A DNA stretch of 64,000 nt from Paramoeba atlantica (GCA_977017575.1 CDRNVI010000039.1:620001-684000); one strand, 5' to 3'; positions 20,031 to 30,406 are shown, counted from the first letter of the stretch. Notes: generated by a model from the sequence alone, not told the origin. Translations and numbers: made by a program.

Positions 20031-21546
20031 GCATACCTATGTGTTCTATGAACACTTGTGTGTGTTCAGTAGTTCTATGGTTCAATGAACACTTTTATGA
20101 ACCAATAGAACACTTTTTCGATTTTTTTCCTGAAGTACAAACAATTTTTTTTTGAAGCTTTGTTTCATTCAAATGGCCCCAGATGGTACTACACGACCTA
20201 GATCCTCACGTACATGTAGGTACATGGCAGAATAGGTGGTGCGAGTCTGTGCCATCGATATGATTCCAGCGTCACGTGTTCGTTTACGTTTTGGGGCAAA
20301 CGAGACCGTTTTGTACACATCGGATAAGTAAAGGCTTATACAGGGGTGAAAACTTCCATCTGGGGGGGAGTCTAAAATTTGCAAAAACTTTTCAATTTCG
20401 GAAAATAATACCGCATTCGAGAGGGTGGTTCCCCATGGAAATGGATTGGAGTGCAAATGGATTACAGTGTTATATTTAATTACGGTATTATTTAATTACG
20501 CTTACCTTAAAAGCGTAATTAAGTAATACCGTAATTAAATACAACACTGTAACCGGAATATAATCCACTCGTAAATTACTAATTTTTGAACACACTTTTT
20601 GAATAATTTTTAAGCGCCTAAGCCATTGGATTCGTCTGTGATCATTTTATAAAGGCTTGTGTTTCGTATGAAAGTGAGGCCGATGGTATATTATTTATGT
20701 TTCTCATGAAAGTGGATCGGCTTCCGATACCAAAAAGGAGAAAAACAACTGACAACTCGGAAAATGAGGAGAATTCACAGCCTTTATGGTCTTTGAAGGC
20801 CTTACTCAAAATGAAATCCCTTGGAAATGGGCCAGCGCGAGACATTCCGGCATCCAAGCGCGAAGCTGAGGTACGAAGTGTGCTTCGAGGTAAGGTTGCG
20901 AGAACTGGCGGTAATAGGAAACCGTCTAAGTAAGGAAAGAATTGATGGAATTGTATCTTTGCAAATTTTGAATACCTTGAGGATTATTCGTAGGTTATGG
21001 GAAAAATATTGTTTGTTTGTACCGTATCAGACACATATAAACTCTGAACTTGGAAGTCATAGATGAAAGCTTTCAAGGTGAAAGTGTTAAGCTTTTTAAC
21101 CGACTTTAAGTCGGTCATATTGGATACTGGATTTATTTTTGTATTTGGATTGGTGGCTTCCCATTTTTCTTCGACGGGCACGAAAGATTCCTGTGGGACC
21201 TCGTCCTCTCATTAGAAATTGTTGAGGGTAATAGATAATGCTTGACTAAATGAGGGAAACAATAGTTTTTTGCAACAACAACAACAAAATATTTTGAAAT
21301 GAGAAATGCATTACGTTCGGCGAGTACAAAAAAAGCTGCCACGCGTACTAAGAGAGAACCTCATACCGCGGCATTCTTATACTGCATAGCTAGGGCATGT
21401 GTAATCACTTGGATATGCGCAAAACAAAAAAGTTTTATGAATAATAATCGATATGTTCGTGTGATGTGTACCTCCCCAAAAAGTGTTCAATGCGTTCTAT
21501 GTGTTCAATAAACAAAAAAAAGTGTTCATAGAACACATAGGTATGC
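20031..21546. mobile_element. Non-autonomous DNA transposon with 26-bp TIRs and apparent 4-bp TSD (CCTG)
   Basis: GCATACCTATGTGTTCTATGAACACT at 20031-20056 and its exact reverse complement at 21521-21546. CCTG lies immediately outside both ends. Confidence 0.85.
20465..20549. mobile_element. 85-bp palindromic TA-flanked MITE (CAGTG...CACTG)
   Basis: TA|CAGTGTTATATTTAATTACGGTATTA...TAATACCGTAATTAAATACAACACTG|TA; ~38-bp arms with 2 mismatches. Confidence 0.8.
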
Positions 21547-23449
21547 CCTGGGTTGTCGGGGTGGATTGCTTGCTTCGTGTGGTGGAAGACACCCCCCCAC
21601 CTCCGATGTCCCCCCCTCTCCCGTCGTCCGCTGAGAAATTTTGGGCACATTGGCGGCCGCCGCGATGTGCTCGATCAGGGTCCCGCGAGAGTGCGGGGTG
21701 GGCCCCCCATTACAATGGGATTTTGGATACGGGCCCGCTCTGAGGCTGCCAGCCTCGGCGCAATCCTCGCTGGCATCCGGCATGCCCCCCCCCAGAACAG
21801 GGGATGTGGACTTAGGGCCCGAAGAAAAGCTGTTGGGTGTCGGGGTGGGCCCCCCATTACAATGGGATTTTGGATACGGGCCCGCTCTGAGGCTGCCAGC
21901 CTCGGCGCAATCCTCGCTGGCATCCGGCATGCCCCCCCAGAACAGGGGATGTGGACTTAGGGCCCGAGGACAGGCTGTTGTGTGTCGGGATGGACCCCCC
22001 ATCACAATGGGATTTTGGATACGGGCCCGCTCTGAGGCTGCCAGCCTCGGCGCAACCCTCGCTGGCGTCCGGCATGGCCCCCCCTGATGCGGGGGTGTGG
22101 GAATGGGGTCTGTAATGTGGGGGTCGGGTAGTGGGGTGGGGATGTCCTCGGTTTGAGTGCTCGTCTGTCCCGTTACGTTCACGGGGTTACTGTCCGCGGG
22201 GCCGGAGGATTTAGGCGTTGTACATTTCCGTTTTGCGCGACGTGGTCCCGGGTTGGCTTCGATGCACCCTCTGCGGAGGTTACACCGGACTAACTCGGCC
22301 GACCACCCCGAGTCAGCTATCAGTCCCTCCGTGGGCGTGAAGCTCCAGCAAGCCGTTCCGCCCTCCGACACGAACGGCGTCCAGGCTCCTGCGAAGCACT
22401 GGGCTACACCCAGGGCGTGGCATAGGGAAAAGGGGATATGTTCGCCTGGGAGATCAGACGGCGTCTCTATGCTTGCTCCTGCTCCCGATCCGTCGAAGAC
22501 TTTGACGTGGGGACCGTGGGAGGGGCCGTGGTTTGGAGTGAGCAGAGAGGCCCAAATGCACTCAGCCTCTGCCAGGTCCTCATCGGTCACCAGGTATGGC
22601 CCTCCCGGCTCATTGGTCAGGCTTATGCGGTCGGGGGGGACCCCCAAGGTAAAGCCCACCGCTTGTACGAAACTCTGTAGGGGGTGTCTGGCAGGGACGG
22701 GGACCTGGATGTGTCCGGCCAAGTGGGGTCCGAGGTGCAGGTTGACCCTAGTCCATGGTTCTTCGGAGGGTTGCGTCGAAGATGAGAGTTGGTGTCCGCC
22801 TTGCTGGTGGGGAGGTGATGGGTAAGGGCCGCTAGGGGCGTCGGTTGGGGTGTTTGTGAGGGCGGGAGGTTTGGCGGCAAGGGGGAGGGGGGGGGTCGTC
22901 CACTTCCAAGTTGTGCGTTTCCGTGGGGCCGGGGGCGGGGCCGGGGGAGGGGCCAGGGGAGGGGCCGGGGGAGGGGCTGGGGGAGGGGTCGGGGGAGGGG
23001 CCGGGGGGGGTGCGTACAGGTTTTGGAGTTGTTGGTAGAGATGGCTGAAGAGGTCGGCGGCAGAGGCCCACTGTTGTTCCGCAATCATCATAGCTCCCTG
23101 GCGGTGCTCTGATGAGAGACGGGATACCATCGCCCGGGCCGCGGCCACTTCGTGGACGGTTTTGTGCTCGATCATACGTCGCTGGTCCCGAAAAACCTGT
23201 CCGCAGGTCTGACACAGGTGGGCTTTGTCCTGTTCGGTAGAGCTGGCGATGTCTGTATTCCTGACGGGCGTCCTGACAGAGGAGGTCAAGCCACTCGGTG
23301 TAGAGGGCATCCCTCGTCGCCAGGTACTCTCTCTCTTTTTCTCGGACGGCGCATGACAGCCGGTTGGCTGTCACTTCCCTCTTCAACCCGTAGGGCACTC
23401 CGTCGTCTCGCTGGTGTTTGATGTAGGTACCCAGGAAATCCTGGTTCAT
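21547..23449 (-). pseudogene. ORF1-like region of retroelement copy 1 (C2H2 finger, Pro-rich tract, 2A-like motif)
   Basis: CQTCGQVFRDQRRMIEHKTVH, a PPAPP tract and LRRGCIEANPGP. Frameshifted between ORFs 22832-23449 and 21526-23310. Confidence 0.75.
21695..22082. repeat. ~146-bp tandem repeat (~2.6 copies) inside the retroelement coding region
   Basis: ACAATGGGATTTTGGATACGGGCCCGCTCTGAGGCTGCCAGCC recurs at 147- and 145-bp spacing. Confidence 0.9.
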
Positions 23450-23527
23450 CTTACCTATGAGAGCTAGCTGTTCCTTGTGTGATGGGGCTCTGCCAAGGGG
23501 TGTGGAGGTTTGAGGGGGGATCTGTAC

Positions 23528-23938
23528 CTAACCTTGTTTTCCTAAGAATCGGGGGTGAAAGGGATTTGGCCTTGTCGGCGTATGACTCGGAGTCATGTGA
23601 AGAAGTGTTCCTGGGGGCGAAAGATACACTGGACGGCGAGCGTGTGTGAGGTCCTTCGGACTGTCGTTGAAGGGGCGGTCTCGAGTTCGACCTCGCGCGG
23701 GAGGACGAGCTTCTGGGGAATGCTTCTGGGGGATGCTTCTGGCCTCTCGGGAGGTGGATGTCTGCCTGAGTCCGTTGTTAACGGGCCCAAGGGTGCTAGG
23801 TTTGTCCCAAATGATACGGGACGCAGTGCCGGTTGTGGATAAACAGACTGGGCACAACCGGTGGGTGGGGGAGAGTGGTTCGAATTTCGAGCCACAGTAA
23901 GCGCAGAACAAGAGTCCCTTGAGCGGGAGTTCTGACAT
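23528..23938 (-). CDS. Retroelement ORF0 with C4 zinc finger (copy 1)
   Basis: First ATG after the SL-like sequence; CAYCGSKFEPLSPTHRLCPVC. Confidence 0.6.
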   Translation of the reverse strand: MSELPLKGLLFCAYCGSKFEPLSPTHRLCPVCLSTTGTASRIIWDKPSTLGPVNNGLRQTSTSREARSIPQKHSPEARPPARGRTRDRPFNDSPKDLTHARRPVYLSPPGTLLHMTPSHTPTRPNPFHPRFLGKQG

Positions 23939-23979
23939 GGGGGGGGAGAAGTAGTAGTGAAGGAAAGGAGGAAATAAAT

Positions 23980-24016
23980 CAACAAGGTACAGAAACTGTA
24001 TCTTTATCGTTAAGTT
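23980..24016 (-). other. Spliced-leader exon-like sequence forming the 5' end of retroelement copy 1 (AACTTAACGATAAAGATACAGTTTCTGTACCTTGTTG)
   Basis: Has the kinetoplastid SL start AAC(T)TAACG, the core ACAGTTTCTGTAC and terminal TTG. It is not followed by a GT donor. Confidence 0.85.
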
Positions 24017-24040
24017 CAAAAAACTTATAATTTATACTTA

Positions 24041-24221
24041 CTGCCCCCCCCGTTTAAGCGCACCTCGTTTTCCGTGAAAAGTGCGCTTAAACGGGGGGGT
24101 CTGAATCGTTATGTAAAAAAAAAATTGGCGCCGCTTCGCGCCGCCGGCCCCCTTCTCTTCAACTCTGTGTGCGCTTAAACGGGGGGGTCTGGCCGGGTGC
24201 GCTTAAGGGGAGGGGGGACAG
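24041..24221. mobile_element. TA-flanked MITE A
   Basis: TA|CTGCCCCCCCCGTTTAAGCGCAC ... GTGCGCTTAAGGGGAGGGGGGACAG|TA, with two internal GTGCGCTTAAACGGGGGGG copies. Confidence 0.8.
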
Positions 24222-24459
24222 TATAATTACTTATGGAGGGGGAAGTAGGTTAATGTTGAATTACTGTCGCAGGCTTACAAAATAGAACAAGTAAGAAACA
24301 ATCCCAATAGTATTTACTCATAAATATACAATCCTCCATTCTTCGAAAGCAATGCTTGAGATAGTGTCAGACCACGACACCGTTCACTATTTCGCGTCCG
24401 AACCGCCCTTCTTTTTGCATTTATTGCCAGTGGTGCCCGACTCCAGATGAACAAAAGGG

Positions 24460-24902
24460 TCGATGCGTTCTTTGTCAAGTCAATTCTTTCGGCGTAGTCT
24501 TTGCGGCCTTCGACTAACATTTTCTCATGTTGCCCACGTCATTATGGCGTGCAAAAAGAGAATTGCCTGGGCGAATGATGGAACGAAGTACGTGCGCGCA
24601 TCTATCAACTTTGTCCAAAAATTGAACATCCATTGGACAGTAAGGGGGAACGTACTATGTCCACGGTTCTCAAAAACGTTTGGAACAGCTTCACTGGAGA
24701 AGTGAATTCCTAACCTGCATCGCTCCGAGCTAAGATCAAAGCGTTCATCATCGAGAAGCTTCCTCCTAGCCCCGAAAAGTTTAGGGTTCTGCTGAGAGAA
24801 GTGTACCGCGCCAAAGCCTATGTCGAAAGTTCTGAGTAGGAGACAGACGGTGTAGACGAAGTAAGAAAGAAGCTTCTCGAACTTGGTGCCATTCAATATC
24901 AT
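24460..24902 (-). pseudogene. Possible hAT C-terminal dimerisation-domain relic
   Basis: FWTKL...VPSFAQAILFLHAIMTWAT*ENV loosely fits FW...P.L...A..L....SA..ER. Weak match. Confidence 0.3.
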
Positions 24903-25129
24903 AACAAGCGTAAGACAGAAACAAGCATTACCCCCCCTTTCATAATTCTTTATAAGTTCTAACCGAAGAAGCTTCCTAGTTTTCTACAAATTTATATAAA
25001 ACCAGAAAGTTCTAGAAACAATACTGGTAAAAACGGAGCTCGCGGCACTTCGCGCCCCGTTGTTCCTGGGTTGCGTATCCAATGAGTAATATATTATTTG
25101 TTTCTGTATTAAACTTAGGTTTTGTATTA

Positions 25130-25505
25130 CTGTACCCCCCCTAATTATCTGTCACACGTCACCCCCCCCCTAGTTATCTGTCACTTTTTGACACTTCGAT
25201 TTTTTTGGTCGACTGCCCCCCCTAGTTATCTGTCGCTTTTTAAAAATAGGTAAAATACTTTTTTCCAAAAAAGGTCATGAAATGAAACTTACATTCTTTA
25301 TTTTTGTATTTCAAGCAAAAGTCGTGCGTGGTGCTATTATAAACCGTTTCTGTAATTCCATGTTCTGAGTTTTTTTTGTGACAGACCCCCTCCCTAGTTA
25401 TCTGTCGCACACTGATCCGCCTAGTTATCTGTCACGCCCCTACCGCCCTAGTTATCTGTCACCTTTTCGCGAAAAGTAGTGACAGATAAGTAGGGGGGGG
25501 TACAG
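25130..25505. mobile_element. TA-flanked MITE B with subterminal CTAGTTATCTGTC repeats
   Basis: TA|CTGTACCCCCCCTAATTATCTGTCAC ... GTGACAGATAAGTAGGGGGGGGTACAG|TA, with several internal direct copies. Confidence 0.85.
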
Positions 25506-25519
25506 TACTAAGTGTTTCT

Positions 25520-26700
25520 GTGGTAATTTTATACAATCAACCAAAGTCCTATTGTTTTATGCCACGCAAGAAGGGCAAAGAAAAGTATTCCGAGCCGCGC
25601 AGTTTGGTTACCCAATACTTGTCAATATCAGGTCAACTATCTCAACGAGAACTTTGTCGACGGAACGAACGAGTGAGGGCGTACGTTGAAACTCATGGTG
25701 AAAAGCATGTGCTCTCTCTTCAATTGTCTGAACTCGTACTCCGAGCTAACGCTTTATGTCGGCATGTTCTGTTTTCTCAAATAGAAATTGAAGAATCTGT
25801 TGCAAGGAAAGAAATTTTACGTACCGAAGTTACCGAAATGTGGTCCACAAACACCGAGTGTTTGTGCACTCGCAATATACTGCTGCTCTTATTTACAACT
25901 TAGCCACTGCTAGTGCCCGTCGAGAAGCGGCTACTACTCTCGCAGAGCGTAGGGCAGAGGCTCCAAGTCAAACTTCTCTCGATGAAATCTCTCGTGACCC
26001 CCCCGTCAAACTTCGAAGCGGAAGAGGAGAGGGCCCGCCTTGCCCAGACTTCATTCGATCAAGGAAAATTTCGTTGATGAAGTTTGTACGGCAGCCGTTG
26101 CATGTCTTTCATCGGAAAAACGCAATATGTGCGATGATCTTGCTCTGCTGGATCAAATGAACCACTTTATTCATCTACGTTGCAAGCGCTGCTCCGAAAT
26201 TTTTCTTTCTCTTTGTGAATTGACATACAACCGCCACCTGAATCATATCTGCCCTGGAATTTCGAAACAATCTGTGGCGTTAGTGCAGGAGGAGAAGACA
26301 CTATACGAATTTTGGCACACTGATTTTCCTACCATCGCTGCCTCCACCAATATTCCTCTATCGGTCGCCCTGCACTTCGCGCAACAGATTGGACAACGAT
26401 GGCCGTACAATGCGCCCGAGAGGTGACATTTTGCGGACCATGCCAAGAGAAGTAGGTACTTTGGAAATCGACATGGCCGTCTTGGAAGCGAAATTATGGC
26501 GCCAAATTCATGAGCTGGTCGACAGCTACGAGTTGTTTGGAATTGCTTTAGACGGAGGCACCGATCAGGTTCTCGGGGAACACATTATGGTAGCGGTGCT
26601 ATACGTAGGTCCTCACCACTGGGTACTGCCGCCCATGTATCATGAAAAGCATGGTGCGTTCAATGGTGCCCAAAAAGATTGACGAGCTATATCGGCGTTT
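25520..26700 (+). pseudogene. Fragmented hAT-like transposase
   Basis: Overlapping broken ORFs. LFGIALDGGTDQVLGEHIMVAVLYV resembles the hAT first catalytic-Asp motif (FSIALDESTD...LAVFVRYV). Confidence 0.55.
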
Positions 26701-27001
26701 GGGTATTTTGGGCGAAAGCGACTTTGCCTCAATGAACAATGCTGTTCATCGTGCTGTAAGATGCTACCTTTGGGTTCGACCCATAGTCACTGATTGCGAT
26801 TCCAGTAATGCGATTCAGTAATGTCACATAAGTACAGTAGTCGACAAGGCAGTATATCTCCGGAAAAGATGGCGGTGTACATTTTCGTACACTACAATAT
26901 TAAGCGATTGGATTCTCAAATCGATGCGATTGTTGAATGAATATTTATGACACATTTCTGATGTGTGCGAATTCAGTAAAGCATTTTCTTATAAACGAGA
27001 G

Positions 27002-27487
27002 CACGGGTTAACATGCCTATATCACGTTAACATGCCCCCCCCGGCATGTTATCGTGATATAGGGCTTTATAACATGCCCTCCCCTTCTGATTTTCTCGGC
27101 GAAGCCGAGCCTTTTTTTAATACACTATATTTTCCTCTCGTTTCTTTAATCTGTATTTTTTTTTATAATGTGTTCATTTTTCATTGTCGAATCAGGGTCA
27201 TACTCGTGAGGAATCCTGTGAAGAAGAATTCTCTGAAGAAGAGGAGGAGGGTGAGGAAGAGGAAGACAAGCAGGAAGAAGAAGAAGAGGATGATGATGAG
27301 GAAGACGAAGCTGCTGATGAAGGTGTTGAGCTCCTGATAGTAGAGTTCTCCGACCTTTTTCATGTAGAATTTTTGTGTCGATTGCTTTCCTTATTTTTTC
27401 AAACGGAGGTTCAGAAATTTAACATGCCTGTAACACCATAACATGCCTGTAGCACCATAACATGCCCCCCTGGCATGTTAACCTGTA
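27002..27487. mobile_element. Short TIR element with AACATGCC subterminal repeats and an acidic (E/D-rich) coding relic
   Basis: CACGGGTTAACATGCC ... GGCATGTTAACCTGTA; multiple TAACATGCC copies near both ends. Confidence 0.65.
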
Positions 27488-27689
27488 ACGCCGTTTACAT
27501 CAAAACTTGGTTCTCTTTTATACCCATTTGATATCTACAGTACATTTCTAAAGAATTTGTTTGGGTTTTTTCCTTAAGTTCTTAACGCTGGTCTTGTTTT
27601 CCCCCTTGCGAACGTTTTTCCTATTTCTATTTCTATATTTCTCGTTCATGCAAAATTTGAATGATCGGTGAGATGCATCATACACCGTA

Positions 27690-29691
27690 GGAAAATAACA
27701 GAAGGAAAGAAAAAATTTGGTCTTTTATTGAAATGCACCGTAATGGCTCCGTCGAATGATCAATTCTTTTATTAGGAGCATGGGAGGAAGATGCATGGAG
27801 AGGAGGGTGTTGCGGAGAAGTCACAGCCGCGATTCCTTCCATGATAGTTCCTTCCCTGCTGGGGGAAGAGGTGTCGGGCTCCTGGAGGAGGGCACTCAGA
27901 GTCTCGCTCGGTGCCTGCCGGGGCTGGGGCGCGGATGAGGCCAGCGACCCTCGGTTCTTGTGTCTGGGGCATGTATCCCCTGCGTAGATTGCATTTGACA
28001 ACCCGGGTGGTCCATCCCGTTTCGCTGACTAGGGTTTCTGTAGGGAGGAAACACCATAGCACGCCCTCCTCGTATTCACGAGGTTTCCAAGCTCCAGTCA
28101 GCACTGGGGGAATACCGAGAATCTCACTCAGACCGGCCGGGATGTTGTGGGCTGCCTGTAGTCCGGGGGCGTTGATGAACCCGTGCATGGATCCATCGTA
28201 CACCCAAATAACGGCCGCCTCGTTGTTACGGGGGTTGTACGGAGGTAGGGACAGGCTGACCGCTACTCGTTGAGCGCGATCTAGGCCCTCCCGATCTGTG
28301 ATAGGGGTGGTTTCGCCAGCACTGTCTTTGAGGAGGAGATTTTCCCCAGGGACCCCTAAAGTGTTCCCCACTGTGCCGAGGAAAGCTTGGAAAGAGGAGT
28401 CCGGGGGGCAGGGGATAGTGGCATATCCGGCTCGCTCCGGCCCAAGATCAAGTAGGAGCTTGAAGGGTTCTGAAACAGAGTCGACCTGGGGATTGGTTGG
28501 CGGTGCAGGTGTAGCCTGCGAGGGGATTAGCTTCGTCGCTATCCCAGGGAAAGGTGTGGGAAGAGGGGGAGAACGAAAGGTGGGCTGGGGCTAGGGTGGG
28601 TCGCCAGCCATCGCACTCGCCTGTGCCCTTTGGAGGTGGGCCTCCATCGTGCAGAACTCCTCATATAGAGCCATGAAGGAGGAGAAGCGATCGGCCTTGT
28701 TCCTGAGGGCTTCCGGGGCGTGTTCCCGAAGCAGGGCCCGTGACGCAACCCTTAGGCGTTTCGGCCCGTGCACCTTGATGCGATGCGCCTGGAGGGCAAC
28801 AATGTGCGGCTGCGTAATGCCGCATTCGGAGCAAACCAGACACCCTTCATTAATGAGATAGATACGCTCCTCGATGGGCTTGTGGGTGTCGTGCAGCGTC
28901 CAAACGGCTTCGAGTGTAAGGGCCCGACGTTCACGGGCCTCTTTCTCCATCATTGATGTTACGTCGTGTTCGGCGCTGAGGGTCACAGCCAGCCATAAGG
29001 TGACTGCGCATCTTCCTGTCTCCGCGGAAAAGCGATTTGAGCCGGTTCGGGCAGGAAGGAGCTTGAGGCGGACAGCGTCCATGGATTTGAACTGCTGTGC
29101 CATTGTGGGTAGGGATAACGACCGCTCACCGGGTGGCGGGCCATCGCTGTTCCGGGAGCGGCTCCGAGGAGAGATGGAGCGCGGGGGTCTTCGGGTTACC
29201 GACCGGTGTCGAGAGGACCTAGGAGAAGAAGCAGAGAGGGGAGGAGGGATCCCGGGGGTTTTTCGTCTTAGCACGCGCGCGAAGGTCTTTTCTGTGCTGC
29301 GCTCGAAGGGAAATGCACGCATCACAAAAGCACATATCCCGCCTGGCGGGCATAAAGGGGAGGCCACAAAAGTCGCACGCGCGGGACTTGAAAGGGGTCT
29401 TTGCACGGACTTCAAGGTCCGGCCTCGCCTTCTTCAGCTCCTCGATAGAGAGCTGGTGTAGCCCCACAGTCTCGGTGGAGAAGTGGGGGCTAGAACCTCG
29501 CCTGAGAGGGGTGGTAGAGCGTCCCCCTGAGGTCGAGGTAGGTGGGGAATCGGGCCCACCGGGTGAATCCTTGCGCCCCCGGTAGCCTCGTCGACGTCGT
29601 GTCGTGGGCATGTATCGGGGGGAGAGAGGAGTAGAGGTAGAGAAAAGAAAAAGGATTCAACAAGGTACAGAAACTGTATCTTTATCGTTAA
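27690..29691 (-). mobile_element. Second, divergent member of the same retroelement group (5' part only, RT absent)
   Basis: SL-like head, C4-finger ORF0 (29219-29611), C2H2 ORF CSECGITQPHIVALQAHRIKVH, and W.F.PTE.L...GW....V.CNLRRG block homologous to copy 1. Confidence 0.8.
29658..29691 (-). other. SL exon-like sequence at the 5' end of retroelement copy 2 (TTAACGATAAAGATACAGTTTCTGTACCTTGTTG)
   Basis: Identical to 34 nt of the copy-1 head; the first 3 nt (AAC) are missing. Confidence 0.85.
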
Positions 29692-30147
29692 AGATGGGGG
29701 GTCCATGGGGGGGGTCCAGGGGGGGTCCAGGGGGCATACGTCGTTTCAAAATCTTGATTTTCGAAATCGAGCGCGGGGAAGTGGTAGAGTAAGCCGCGGC
29801 GATGAATTTCCACCCCCCCCCCCACACCTGGGCGTACCCCCCCCTGGTACGCGCGGAAGGGATCCGACAAGGTCAAAAACTCCGAAATTTTTGGGGTACC
29901 AAAAAAAAAACGTTTGACCCAAAAAGTAAAAATATTATTTTTCCAAAATCGACTCCTAAACCGTATTTGGAGAGTTTTGGACCTCAGCTACCATTCTACG
30001 ACGTTTTTGTCGACAGATTCGACTCCTGCTCCGACTGGTAAGGCATCCAAAACGGCCCAAATATGGTGTAAAATTTCGCAATTTTTGTCGAAAAATCGAG
30101 CTTTTTCCCCCAAAAAAATGGATTATTCATGATCTTTTGGAGATTTT

Positions 30148-30260
30148 TCTTTTTTAGGCTCTTCGTTAAACGCGGCGGTAGTTTTCAATGCGAAGCGCAC
30201 AGCATGAGTGACTTCTAAGTTGAAAACAACCACCGCGTTTAACGAAGAGCCTAAAAAAGA
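30148..30260. repeat. 113-bp palindrome (41-bp arms, 31-nt spacer), copy 1
   Basis: TCTTTTTTAGGCTCTTCGTTAAACGCGGCGGTAGTTTTCAA / TTGAAAACAACCACCGCGTTTAACGAAGAGCCTAAAAAAGA. Inverted copy at 37246-37358; half copies at ~76-135 and ~52645-52690. Confidence 0.9.
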
Positions 30261-30406
30261 ATTTGAAAAATTATAATACTATAAGCGACTTTCGTAGACT
30301 AAAAGTTAGTACTAGAAATTTGCACATTTTATGAAAGCTGCGCATCTTAAAAATATGAGCGCAGGAATGTGACCAGGCAATCTAGGCACTTAAACGGTAT
30401 GCTCCC

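Larger units (their letters stand above)
17415..24016 (-). mobile_element. Near full-length, degenerate CRE-clade (SLACS/CZAR/CRE-like) non-LTR retrotransposon, copy 1
   Basis: Order: SL-like 5' end, Zn-finger ORFs, RT (RPVALG, DLENAFN, GVKQGDP, YLDD), CxC...HALDC knuckle, RHKEVK and RLE motif GPDI...VDVTV. Interrupted by a DNA element at 20031-21546. Confidence 0.9.
16724..24245. mobile_element. Putative TA-flanked (Tc1/mariner-like) outer element hosting the retrotransposon
   Basis: TA|CCCCCCCCTCCATAAGTAATTATA at the left end and TATAATTACTTATGGAGGGGGAAG|TA at the right end (2 mismatches). Extra CATAAGTAATTATA copies at ~16805 and ~17379 make the pairing ambiguous. Confidence 0.55.

Noticed and set aside
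23980-24016. Functional SL RNA gene
   Set aside because: There is no GT 5' splice site after TTG, no SL intron or T-tract terminator and no tandem array. The sequence leads straight into a retroelement UTR.
27960-28000. Second 2A motif in retroelement copy 2
   Set aside because: Homology stops at CNLRRG and no ExNPGP is present in any frame.
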